A model generated the notes under the pieces. That model was not told where the DNA came from. It saw nothing but the letters and a program-made list of their open reading frames with translations, and did no database searches. A stretch of 64,000 nucleotides of DNA, taken from assembly GCA_050575255.1 (NCBI GenBank), contig JBNZDD010013726.1, positions 8,622,302-8,686,301 on the forward strand. The letters run 5' to 3'. Position numbers and translations under genes: made by a program. The DNA is from Harriotta raleighana. Taxonomy: Eukaryota. Of the stretch, positions 50,871 to 62,615 are shown piece by piece. The first letter of the stretch is position 1. Every line of letters starts with the position of its first letter.

Positions 50871-53800
50871 TGTATTGGAGCATCAGTCAACATTATTATT
50901 TAAAGGTCTCAAAGATGAGGCATGAACGCCCATGCTTCTGAATCAACAACAAGAGTGCTGCCAACTGAGCCAGGCTAACACACGTTAGAGGAGAGTTAGT
51001 GGGCACTGTATGAAGACAAGAAAGGGTCTCAGGAGTTGGGAAATGTAACTCACAAAGCAATGGTAATGCCACTGCCAAAAGGCAGCATGGTTCGGAGGTT
51101 TCATTCATTTAAGCTTGGGGTTCCTAGGAACAGAGACAGTCATTCTGCGAGAAGCTGGTACAAGGAACCTATCCAACCGCAAGCCCAAACCATTGCAACG
51201 TGCTCGCTGTCTCTTTTTTTGTGTGACATTTTTATAGGTTAACCTTCTCTGTGTATTTTCCTGTGAACACCCAGCCATCAAGTATAGAAACAATGAACTG
51301 GTAGGTAATTATTTAAGGTACTTAAACTCTGTGAAGAAAAGTGAAGGGAAGACCTTCATTTCATTTCCTTTCATAATGTCAGCTTGCGTCCTTTATTAAG
51401 CTTTTTTTTTNGCTGGTACAAGGAACCTATCCAACCGCAAGCCCAAACCGATGCAAGCTGTCTCTTTTTTTGTGTGACATTTTTATAGGTTAACCTTCTC
51501 TGTGTATTTTCCTGTGAACACCCAGCCATCAAGTATAGAAACAATGAACTGGTAGGTAATTATTTAAGGTACTTAAACTCTGTGAAGAAAAGTGAAGGGA
51601 AGACCTTCATTTCATTTCCTTTCATAATGTCAGCTTGCGTCCTTTATTAAGCTTTTTTTTTTACATCCTGCTATCAAGACACACTTCCCTTTCCAGACAT
51701 TTTATGTCTCAAATTTTCGGAACCTCTCAATCCTTTATCAGGCCACTGTCAGGGTTTGTGTTCACTTTTCTGGTTTGTTTTCTGGGTTTCCTTATTTCCT
51801 TATTGCTGCAGGCTTCTTGTCTGCGTCTAATAGCTGTACAAATGTAAACATAAACTAAAAATAAATGATCTAACATGGCAGCACACTCTCGCTCGGCCAT
51901 AACAGCTTTACAGTGGGTGGAAACATGCTGATATAGATTACGACAGAGATTAATAAACTAGACTATCTTCCATCCTATTCTCTAGTGTGATCAGAATCAA
52001 TTCATCTTTGACACAGCAATAAAGCCAATCATCCAGCGTGAAGCAAAGTGGATTTAGTGAATCTAAAGTAAAAGTAGCGGCCAGAACATTGCTAAAATGT
52101 TCAAACATATTTTTATACACATCTCTAGTACAACTGTCAAGGATGTGGACTTCCAATTGACATTTTGAATGTAGGCTTCTTTATTATTTTTTCAAAGTAA
52201 AACTAAAAATGTCAAATAGTCTTTTGCATGGACACGATTTTCGTGTGCAGCTGTGTTAGAGGGGCATTCACTCCATACGAGCCATGTTGTACAATAAAAT
52301 GCCCCATCACCACCACTACACTTAAGTAAACCCTAAATCTGTAAACAAAGCCTGTAATACAAGTGTACATATATGACCTTAACTCCACCCTCCCTGATCC
52401 CGACCTNCGAGCCATGTTGTACAATAATAATACAATATTATTATATATTATTATACAATATTATTATACAAGTGTACATATATGACCTTAACTCCACCCT
52501 CCCTGATCCCGACCTTAGCTCGGGTGCGAAACACTGATTGACCAATGCCTTGGGACATCCTCGTGTGCAGCTATGTTAGAGGGGCATTCACTATACAGGG
52601 TGCTTATACAAATGTAATTTTCTTGCTGTTGTGAAGCAAACTACTGCTGAAAGACTGAATATGCTAATCTCACTCCCATCACTCAGTCCCTTCACTACAT
52701 ATTTCCGTTATTCTTAATAAGAACTTGAACGTCCTTTTCCCCCAAAAAAGTTTCTCTTCTTTTGGATTCTCCATTACTAACCTGTTGCACGCATCATTCC
52801 CTCTGCTACAAGGATTGCAAAAAAACAATCGCAATCTGTACTGTTCTATGAAGTAATTGAAACGTTTGAATAGTAGATCATTCCACATTGTGATAATTCT
52901 CTGTGTGTTTATAGTCCTCAGGAGGATAAGCACTGAACTAGTTAGACTGGGTCAGTCAAGTACTGCATATTTACACGCAAGCAGTTACTCTGCCAAAGAA
53001 TGGTAGGATAAAAATAACAGCAACTGAAAGGAAATGAGTAAACAGAGAAGTGGAAAGAAAATTGGGGTAAATTGTCAGAACTCTGGAAAACACATTACAG
53101 TCAGAAAATCTTTTTACATGACCATAAATAACTGAGTAATCGATGTCAAGAAGGAAAGCATCTGGTACGAAGCTGAGTGGTTTCTACCTTCAAGGGCGTT
53201 AGCATCTATCTGAAGACATAAGACTTTGTTTGTGTGGCATGATTTGGTCGCTGAGGTTTCGTCAGAAATTGTAAATTATGATGTTTATGTTGCGGCGCAA
53301 AATATTTTAAGCAGCAATTGTACAATTCAAATCTTCCAAATCATAACAAACAATCAGACAAAGAAAGCAATCCTTAGAAATTCTTTCCTAATTATCGACC
53401 ATCGGGGGAGGGGGAGAAAAAATACTAAAGAGGCAGTTCTGGCTGCTTATAATGACTTCACATCAGAGTAACTCTCTGGTTATTTTTCTAACCTCTTAAA
53501 TTTTAAAATATCAGGAAGATATTTTTTGCCTGCTTACAAAGCCGTAATATTAGATCTGCAATTGTCTCCTATTCTCAGTGAGGCAAGAATCATCTATTAT
53601 CTATTATTCCTAAAGTACTTCACAGACGGGTAAAACAGCAATATTTAGCCTTTTATTTGTCTATCTGTACACTGTCTTGGTAGCACTCACTGAGTTAGAA
53701 GATGTGAGGAAGAGGGTAAGTGATTCAAACGACAGTAGATAGAGTGCTCAAATACAGCAACACACTTGTTAACGCACTCATTATCTCCTTCATGGCTTAT

Positions 53801-54589
53801 CTGCCTCGTAGCAGAATCTCGACAAGAATGTAGATTCGCGCATCAGCCTGTGTGAAAGAACAGCTCAGTGACATCTTCCTTTCACACGTCTACATTCCAG
53901 TTCAAGTGCTACTAAATTCTGCAGCTGCTTTACAAGGTCATGTTCTTGGTGGATTAAGATTTTAAACCGGGATAAAAGCAGACAAAGTAGACCTTCCCTC
54001 TTGATCAACAAATCAATCTTGTTTGAAACTGAAAGCACTTCAAGTGATAAGGTTTCTGGAACACCCTGCGGAGTCAACATACGCCCAATGTTGTGTTGAA
54101 TATTCGATGCTCTGAACATTAAGGAAGAAATAAATTCCATGTTTAGATCAGATCAGGGCTTTAGCGTAATCAGGAGTAGTTTGGCTCATTGGAATTCAAA
54201 GTATAGATCAAATCTCGGTTTACATTCGGGCAAGCATGTTTCAGGTAAATTCCTTTGTGAGCAATACAAACTCAGATATCGATGGGAGGGGCAGACATAT
54301 TTCATATTTCACCCAATACCTTGCAACAATCGGCTGGAACATATTTATTTACGAATATCTTTCCTCATTCTGGATGAGAGCTTGTAAAATGTTGATACTG
54401 CAGCTACTTTCTATTGTCCCCCTTGTACAGTATTTACAGTCATGTTTGTGGCCCTTTCAGTGCTGAATTGTGGAGCAGCATTAGCAATGGAAATAAACCA
54501 GCACTCCAGTGGCTTTAGAAGAGAGTTCATTCATTCAGCAACAGGTTCCCAGATACTATTGTGCCTAGAATCCGCCAAATTCATTCTTA

Positions 54590-54652
54590 CAGCCTTGGGA
54601 CGTCCTCCCGACATGAAAGGCGCTGCACAAATGTAATTTTATTGTTGTTGTC
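54590..54652 (+). mobile_element. L2 3'-terminal stub
   Basis: gccttgggacgtcctcccgacatgaaaggcgctgcacaaatgtaattttattgttgttg, nearly identical to the L2 end at 17181-17247. Confidence 0.85.
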
Positions 54653-57600
54653 ACAAAATGACCAACCACTACATCACTTCAAATAATTTTTTTTTAATTA
54701 ACATTTAAATAGAGCAGTGGATACAACATCAATATTGCAAACAGGCAACTACTACCCATGAGTATTTAGGAGTGATTGTCCCTGAAACACAATGATAGTT
54801 CCTGTTTCCATCAGCACACGAGGAAAACTGCCAAAATAGTGAATCTGTGAATTGGTACTTTGCGGCCTTTCATTGTTAATAGATGCTACATAGCAAATGA
54901 AAGTGTTATTGCTATATGGGTTGCATCAACATAAACATATATCTTTCCGCATTCCTTCCTTTCTTTCTTGCTTTACTTTCTTCAAATTCTGCTCTGCCTA
55001 AAAGGGTCGGCGGGCAAGTTGCTCTGANTCTTTCTTTCTTGCTTTCTTTACTTTCTTCAAATTCTGCTCTGCCTAAAAGGGTCGGCGGGCAAGTTGCTCT
55101 GACAGCAAACAGACAACTGCATCTATGAGGTACTCAGAAGCAGTCCAAATTTACTCTATTGGCCTTTGATATTCCTGCCTGATTTCTGACGACCCCAATA
55201 AAAAATAAGAACTCACTGTGCAGATAATCACGAGTGCATCCCCAGCACTCTGTTCTGTTCTTCCTACATTTTCAACGAAAGATAACTCAAGGTCATGTAC
55301 CGACCTGGTAAATGGGAAAAATTACACAACAATAATTATTTTAAACTCTATATATTTAGCAGTTCCGAGAAGGGAGCTTTCTTCAAGGCCGGCCTAAATT
55401 TAACTCTCTGTGGAAGCTGCAGAATGGAGCTCAATTTCTTTCCTGTTGACTATAAATAACGGAATTGAAAGGGGGCAGAATAAAGAAATCACATTCTTAT
55501 GCAGGTTTTCCACGAGTCAGTGGAAGGGGACTTAACTCTTGTCTCCGGTTTCACGCGCTTAAAGAATGTGGTGGTAGTAAAAGTGAAACACCTTCAACAA
55601 AATGGCCACCACAAACTCATTACCTCCCGGTTCTTCCTGTGGAGTCCGGAGATCATTTAACAGTGCAATGACTCCAGCATTTACTTTTGGTTTTTCTTCA
55701 GTCACTCTCCGCAACTTCACCCAGGAGTCCTTTCACCTTGCCACGCCCCTCACCTCCTTCAAATAAGTTGTGTTTGTGGTTTGCCAGTTAAAATAAAGTT
55801 ATTACCCTTTATAAAAAAAACATTTTTCAAAATCTTTCATCTTCGTTACCAAGTGTGCACTTGGTAACGAAGCTAAGGCATCCAGAGTTGCTTTCCAATG
55901 TTCTTTTTTTAAAGTGTTTGAAAACAGTCAAGAGAAAATGTTTCTTTGGGCACACTGCCAAAGTACGCTGTGTGGAATATTCTTAGATCTAAGAAGGACT
56001 GCTCCTGTGAAAGTATGATGTAGTCTCAATCTCTGACTGATAAGAGCAATATAGTACAGTAAAATCTAAGATGGATTACAAGTTGCCAAGATTATTAAAC
56101 TTGAATTTGTTAAAATTACAGATAAGTTTGTAGAACGAGCAAATACTGAGATTAAAAACTTTCCTTCTTTGCAAAAAAAAACTTTGCATAACCAGCTGCT
56201 TTAAATACCAGCTTTAAATTGCAGTCTTCCTTCCAATATTTTTTGGTCTCCAATTTTGTTCTTTTCCAGATTTACATTGATTAATCCAAAAATCAAAGTT
56301 GTTTTTCTGATTATAGGACCAACTATTCTTTTGGGGATATCAACAAAAATAGTGTTCCAATGTCTCCAAATTCCCCTAAAATGATTTGACTCTTTTCTGT
56401 TTTGCCTCAAAAATTGCTGCTTGCTACTCAGTGTAACTTGATAAGTATATAATCGGTGCAGTTAATGATTACAATAGAATAGCTGAGTCTATAATCCAAT
56501 GATCTCTAAAGGGTTGTTCCATCGACTATTTTCCGAGTCCCATCTATTCTTCGGTGACAGGAACCATTGGAAATGGAATTTGTGCACAAAAGCGTGTAGA
56601 ATTCACAATAAAAACAAGTCATATTGTTGGCGGCTGTTGCAAACATCTGGTGTCTCAAAGACAATGTTGGGAATTCAAATTTATAAATAACAGGTAAGTC
56701 AGAAATAAAATGCAAGCAAAGCGAGCGACCAATGTTACTTGGGGGTTTGCTGGCTAAGACACAAGGAGAAACTCCCCTCTGTTTTTGAATGGTGCTGTGG
56801 GATCTAGCTTTCGTGCATCACACCCCCAGCATTGCATTGGAGTAGCATCCTTGACAAACAATAGCATCTTAATCTATTTGTGCTGCTGGCAAGGGAAATT
56901 ATTTATCCCAATGGCAGCCAATTCTGATGGTTCCAATTACCCAACCTTGTACATTATAATTATTATTACCTGAATTTTTTTTGGAAAATCTTTTCAAAAC
57001 CAGAGTCACTATTTTTAAACATTATTTTCTGCACTGACACAGCGAAAGCTAAGCCTGCAACTGGGCTGAATTCCAGATGTGTGTTTACATGACATTTGAG
57101 AGAATTCAGTACAGTAATTTGCATTTCTTGCTTCCCCCATTTTAATCCAGACTGCATGTCGATTTCCTTTCTGCCACCAGAACTTTCCTTTCGGCATTAA
57201 ATTGGCTGACTATATTCAGCAATAAATATTGGTGTTACACAGACTTTTAATACTTGCATTACTAATTACCTGTGGCACTGAGTGGAACCATTTAATGAAG
57301 GAGGCAAGCTCATAACACCCACTCACTGTTTCCAACTCATACGCCATAGACTACAAGCAGTATTCTACGCAATTGCTGCAGTCACAGGAAACATATCGTA
57401 CAACAATCTAGATTGCAGTAGTAAAGTGTGGAATAATTCAGCCAGAAAAAGATTGGCCACAAGTATGCCCAATTCTAATTATTCCAAGTGTGCTTCCTAA
57501 CGGCGGGGGGGGATTGGGAGTGGGGTGTCACAGGATAGTGATCACAAATAGACATCCTCAGGACTGGATGTCATGGCAAACTATTTCCCTGGTTGAGTTT

Positions 57601-59277
57601 GGATAAGGAAGCATTCACAACCCTAGCCTCCCACAACTCTTTTGTTTTTGCTACCGCTTTGCAAAAAAGTCTTAGTTTGTTGTGATTGAGAAGGCAATCT
57701 GAGGAGTCGAGAAACACCAAAGGGAGAATGAAGCAGAAAGAGATAACATGATAATGACAGTAAGGTTTAATATGTACTGATGATTGGTCAAACTGCTTGT
57801 CGCAAATGAATTAAAAAGTGGGTTCGGTTGATTGTATACTAACACTGAGGCCACTAATATAATATATAAATAAAAAATTAAAAAATTAAAAAATAATCTG
57901 GACACAGGACACTCCCATCTTTTCTTCCACAAATACAAGACGATGTGATGGAGAATTTGGCTGCTTGGGAAGTTGGGAATCAGTGTGTGCTCCTATTTTA
58001 TCTTTGCGTACGAAAAAATCATGTTTTCTAGTACACTGGCTTGCATTTCAGGAATTGTGGCAAAACAAAATCAAGAACAACAACTACTTGCATTTTGTAT
58101 TATTCGATATTACTGTTCAACATACTTTTCACAAGGAATATAACCCACTGATTGAACATGGTTTTTGTGCTATGAATTCATTCAATTTTTTTAAAATAAA
58201 AACGATAGCACAGGCTTTGTAAACCAAACCCTTTAGAATTGGGCTCACAGATCCAGTTGCATTTTGAAGGTGACATTACACATACAAACACTGGTTCTTT
58301 GTGAGTGAGTGTTCACGCACACACTGTCACTGAGGGGGGAGAGTTCATGCACACTTTCATTTAGAGTGGAATTGCTTCTAAGATAAATATTTCCCCCCTG
58401 TTCTCAATCCTCTCAGCCCCTGACCACATCTAGCTCAGAGAGTTTTCAGATTCTGCCACTTTATACCAGCCGCGCAAAAAATTGTTTGGGACAATGGCTC
58501 TGGATGATTTTCTGCCTCTTTCTTTGACTGAGATCAAGAATATATAAACGACAGCGAATTACAACCAGGAACTGACGGTGTGAGGGATTCTGCTGGTGTT
58601 TCCCTGAATCGTGCCAAGTTTCACTTCATTAACCCAATTCCTTATTCAACGGCTATTAGTCTATGCTACCGCTCTATGACACCATTCTGGATTTCCTACA
58701 ACTTCAGTTGGTCAACGAGCACAGATGGTTGTCATGGGTATTAACTGGCAGGTTAGCAAGAGTATTATATCACAAAGGCAAAAACAAATTGCATACTCTT
58801 TCTGACTGGCAGAATTAAATGAAGAAAACAATGCAATTGTACAAAATGGTATAATAAATATTGTGGCTAGAATGTCAAATATATCCTTGATGTGGAAAAT
58901 AATTGAATCCTCCCCTACAGAGTAATAAACTTGGGCAGACGCTCAGCAAAAGCAGTTAAAAAGAAGGGCAGAAGGTTACAAGGATAAGGATAGACGAGGA
59001 CAATCAAATGCTCCACAGAACCGGATGATTCATCAATGCTGAGGCCATGGTGAGTCAGCTGTGGAATCTCCCGATCAGAGTTTAATAGTATGGGTTGTAA
59101 GATTAAGACACTAGGGAGGGAAACTGGTTGCCCTGACTGATGAAGTCAGAGTTGTAAAATTAGACTAATATCCTGCAGGATTGCTTGATTACCTCCAGGG
59201 ATCAAGGAGACACGATGCAGTAGTTTACCTGTTTCCCGCTTGTAAATAACTGTGGCTGGCTAACACTTGGGGACTTT

Positions 59278-59612
59278 GAGCATTCGCCTCACAATCAAGA
59301 GACGTGAATTTGATTCCCAGTAGGACAAAATGTTGGGCACGTTTCCTTACTCTACCCATCTCGGTTTACCTAGCAGTAAGTAAAAACCCTGTTGTTAGTC
59401 GATTGGCAGATCACTTTCCTGGGGGTAACAATTCCTTCAAAAGAAATTGATCACTTCAATCCACGACTAATGGGACACTGCTGTGTGCAATTGGCTGCCT
59501 CGTTTCGCCCACAGAACATAAGCATTTACTTTACAGTATATTCTGTGAAGTGCTTTGAGACATGTAGAAGACATGACAAGGCGCTATATTCAAATGCAAG
59601 GATGATTATTCT
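59278..59612 (+). mobile_element. tRNA-derived SINE, variant middle region
   Basis: gagcattcgcctcacaatcaagagacg...ttgggcacgtttccttactc...gggacactgctgtgtgcaattggctgcc...caaatgcaaggatgattatt. Confidence 0.85.
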
Positions 59613-59849
59613 AGTATTATCATCATGGTCCATGCTTAGGATGGGCGGAAAGAGCTGAATAGTATTTTCTCACTCTACAGTTACGCAAAACAGAAATACA
59701 GCAGTAAATTGAATGTTCAGAGAACACTGAGTTCTTTTAAAAAAGCATATTCATAGATCTCTCTCTTTCAAATACCAAGCAAGCTCCGTTTCAGGACATG
59801 AATCCCCTTTCTACAGCGACACTCCAGCGAAGTATTTTGGGGAAGAACT

Positions 59850-60095
59850 GAACTGCCAGAGGTTCCATCAATCAGGTTAAATGTGAAATCACATTTCTGC
59901 CTGTTCAAGTTGACATTAAAGATACCATAAAACTATGAAAAGAGAAGGGAGTTTCTTTGTATCTCGATTAACATCCCTCCCTGTAAATTGCTTACGGCTG
60001 TGCGTAGGACCTATATTTGGGGAAGTTGGCTGATGCTTTATCTACAAATACACACAATTATGAAGTGCGTTTGAGATATTTCAGCATTATAGACA
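59850..60095 (+). mobile_element. Deu-SINE fragment (old)
   Basis: ggaggttccatc-like segment, tctgcctgttcaagttgacattaaagatacca, gagaagggagtttct. Confidence 0.5.
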
Positions 60096-60158
60096 TTATG
60101 CCAAATGTTGGGATTACTATAAAAGTTTTTCCAGTTCCCATTCTGACCATCTCCGACC

Positions 60159-60499
60159 GTGGAGCTCCTGTGGTTTAGTGGTTAGAGCACTTGTTTTATA
60201 AGCATGAGACCTGTGTTCGAATCCCGGCAGATCAGGGCGAAACCTTGGGCAAGTTTCCTTACTCCACATGCCTAATAATAATCCCTCCAAAAATACAACA
60301 ATAATAAAATTGGTCATTTCAATCCATGACTTGGGTGGGGGGGACGCTGCTGTGCGCAATTGGCTGCCGCATTGTGCCCAGAAATATACAGTCAATTCAC
60401 TTTACAGTATATTCTGTGAAGCGCTTTGGGACGTCGATAAGATGTGAAAAGCGCTATATCAAATGCAAGGATTATTATTATTATTATTATTATTATTAT
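60159..60499 (+). mobile_element. tRNA-derived SINE, full length, young, (TTA)n tail
   Basis: Near-identical to 27715-28047; B-box gttcgaatcc; long attattatt tail. Confidence 0.93.
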
Positions 60500-60773
60500 C
60501 TCTCGCTGCATGTGGTGAACTCCAGAGCACCTGGCTGCCTTCCTAAAGCTGCAATGCAGATATTAAAAGCTGATCGGCGGGGGGGTTGGTGGGGTGGGGG
60601 GCAAAAGGGCAGGGTGGAATCACAGAGCAGCAGCATAAACTTTAAAACCTGGACCCAGTACTGTATTATGATTAGTATTATAACTAGATTACATATCATC
60701 TGGGCCTGCAAATCAGGAACAACTATGTCAGTTGGTAAGTACAATTTGATATAATTCCTCAAAAGAATTTTGG

Positions 60774-60954
60774 TAATAATACTAATGCTTGCATTTTGAT
60801 ATAGCGCTTTTCACGTCTTCTAGACGTCTCAAAGTGCTTCACAGAATATACTGTAAAGTGAATTAACTGTACATTTCTGTGCGAAACGCGGTGTCCGACA
60901 AACAGCCGTGGATTGAAATGACCAATTTATTATGGTTTTTTTTTTGGACGGATT
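60774..60954 (-). mobile_element. tRNA-derived SINE, 3' half
   Basis: cttgcattttgatatagcgcttttcacgtcttctagacgtctcaaagtgcttcacagaatatactgtaaagtgaatt...gtggattgaaatgaccaatttatta. Confidence 0.9.
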
Positions 60955-62027
60955 GTGAATACTGTTTTGGGATCTTTAAGAAGCCACCTGAAAAGGCAGA
61001 TGGGCACGCAGTTGAAAGGAAGATTTGAATAAAAAGGAAGTTTTAATGTGAGGAAATGGTCTGCTAACTCAAGACTGCAAACATGATCTTCCCTCAAGTT
61101 AATAATATTGCTTTAATAACTAAAACAATCCAGCAGTCGCAGTGTCCTGATAGACAGGCGCCAGGAAGTATTTCTTTGTGCCGTGCGTAATCCACAGNTC
61201 AAGACTGCAAACATGATCTTCCCTCAAGTTAATAATATTGCTTTAATAACTAAAACAATNGTGAATACTGTTTTGGGATCTTTAAGAAGCCACCTGAAAA
61301 GGCAGATGGGCACGCAGTTGAAAGGAAGATTTGAATAAAAAGGAAGTTTTAATGTGAGGAAATGGTCTGCTAACATGATCTTCCCTCAAGTTAATAATAT
61401 TGCTTTAATAACTAAAACAATCCAGCAGTCGCAGTGTCCTGATAGACAGGCGCCAGGAAGTATTTCTTTGTGCCGTGCGTAATCCACAGCTGGAACATGT
61501 TTACAAGTGGATCCTTGAGACTGGAACATCAGATTAATTTAAAAAACAACTTGATCTTGTAATCTGATGACCATATAGTTTGTATAACAATAATCAATAA
61601 TAATCCTTCTTCGTCCAACCTGTTTTGTGATCCTACAATAAATGCTTAAATCTAAACCATATGTTGGTCCCTGTGAAAGGCTGCAAATTATTAACCACTG
61701 ACTTTTTTAAAAAAAAATCATATGAACATAGGATGATGGAATTTGGAGGATTGAAGGGAGGTGGAATCTCACAGTGAGGTCCCAGCAATTCTCCAGCTGT
61801 GTTATTCAAGAAGCAGGTGATTGGGAACATAATGGCATGTTGGAGAGTTGGGAGGATCAGGAAGAAGAAAGAATGCGAGAGATCAAAAAGGGAACAGGAA
61901 ATAAAATTGCAATCAAGTAAAAGATTATTTCATAACAATCTAAAATGCATCCTCATCATAACAGGTGATATACACAGAGACTATTTAAGTACGTAACTAA
62001 GTAAGTGTCCTTGATGTGCAAACTAAT

Positions 62028-62336
62028 GTGGAGGCCTGCAGCTCAGTGGTTAGAGCATTCGGCTAGCAAGTGAGAAACCTGGGTTCAATTCCCGGCAGGG
62101 TGAAATGTTGGGCAAGTTTCCTTACTCCATATGCCTGATAATAATCCCTTAAATTAAAAAAAAAAGTGATCACTCAATCCATGACTGTTCGTGGGACACT
62201 GCTGTGTGCAATTGGCTGCTGCATTTCGCCCACAAATCTACAGTCAATTCACGTTACAGTATATCGTGTGAAACGCTTTGTGACGTTTGGAAGACGTGAA
62301 AAGCGCTATATCAAACACAAGGATTATTATTATTAT
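62028..62336 (+). mobile_element. tRNA-derived SINE, full length
   Basis: gtggaggcctgcagctcagtggttagagcattcggctagcaagtgagaaacctgggttcaattccc...aaggattattattattat. Confidence 0.9.
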
Positions 62337-62424
62337 GATAAAGACTCCAAGATGCCAAAGAACAGTGCTGCAATAGCAGAAGGGAATAGTGCACCAAAAG
62401 TAATAGCAAATAATGTTTTACAAT

Positions 62425-62615
62425 CAATGCAGTGCATTTCACATCAAAGGTGTGTCTCTCAAGCACTTCACAGATGTAAAATAAAGTGTAGTGACTGCGT
62501 ACTTTATAGGCAAATGAGGCAGCCAACTTGCACATAACAATGTTCAACAATTTTATCTGGGGGATTGGTTAGCCAGGACATTGGGAGAAACTCCCTGTTC
62601 TTTCTGAATAGTGTT
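62425..62615 (-). mobile_element. Deu-SINE 3' part (old)
   Basis: tctcaagcacttcacag...ggcagccaacttgcacata...ggattggttagccaggacattgggagaaactccctgttctttctgaatagtg. Confidence 0.7.

Noticed and set aside
52690-52910. Possible CR1 3' remnant (TQRIITMWNDL on the minus strand); similar hint at 47640-47830
   Set aside because: Only a short motif is recognisable and the boundaries cannot be supported.
59130-59170. ctgactgatgaagtcag as another hammerhead
   Set aside because: CTGATGA is present, but there is no GAAA box after a helix II. It is only a small hairpin.
60955-61490. Apparent complex tandem triplication
   Set aside because: The segments are bounded by n at 61198 and 61260 and are near-identical, consistent with unmerged contig overlaps or alleles.
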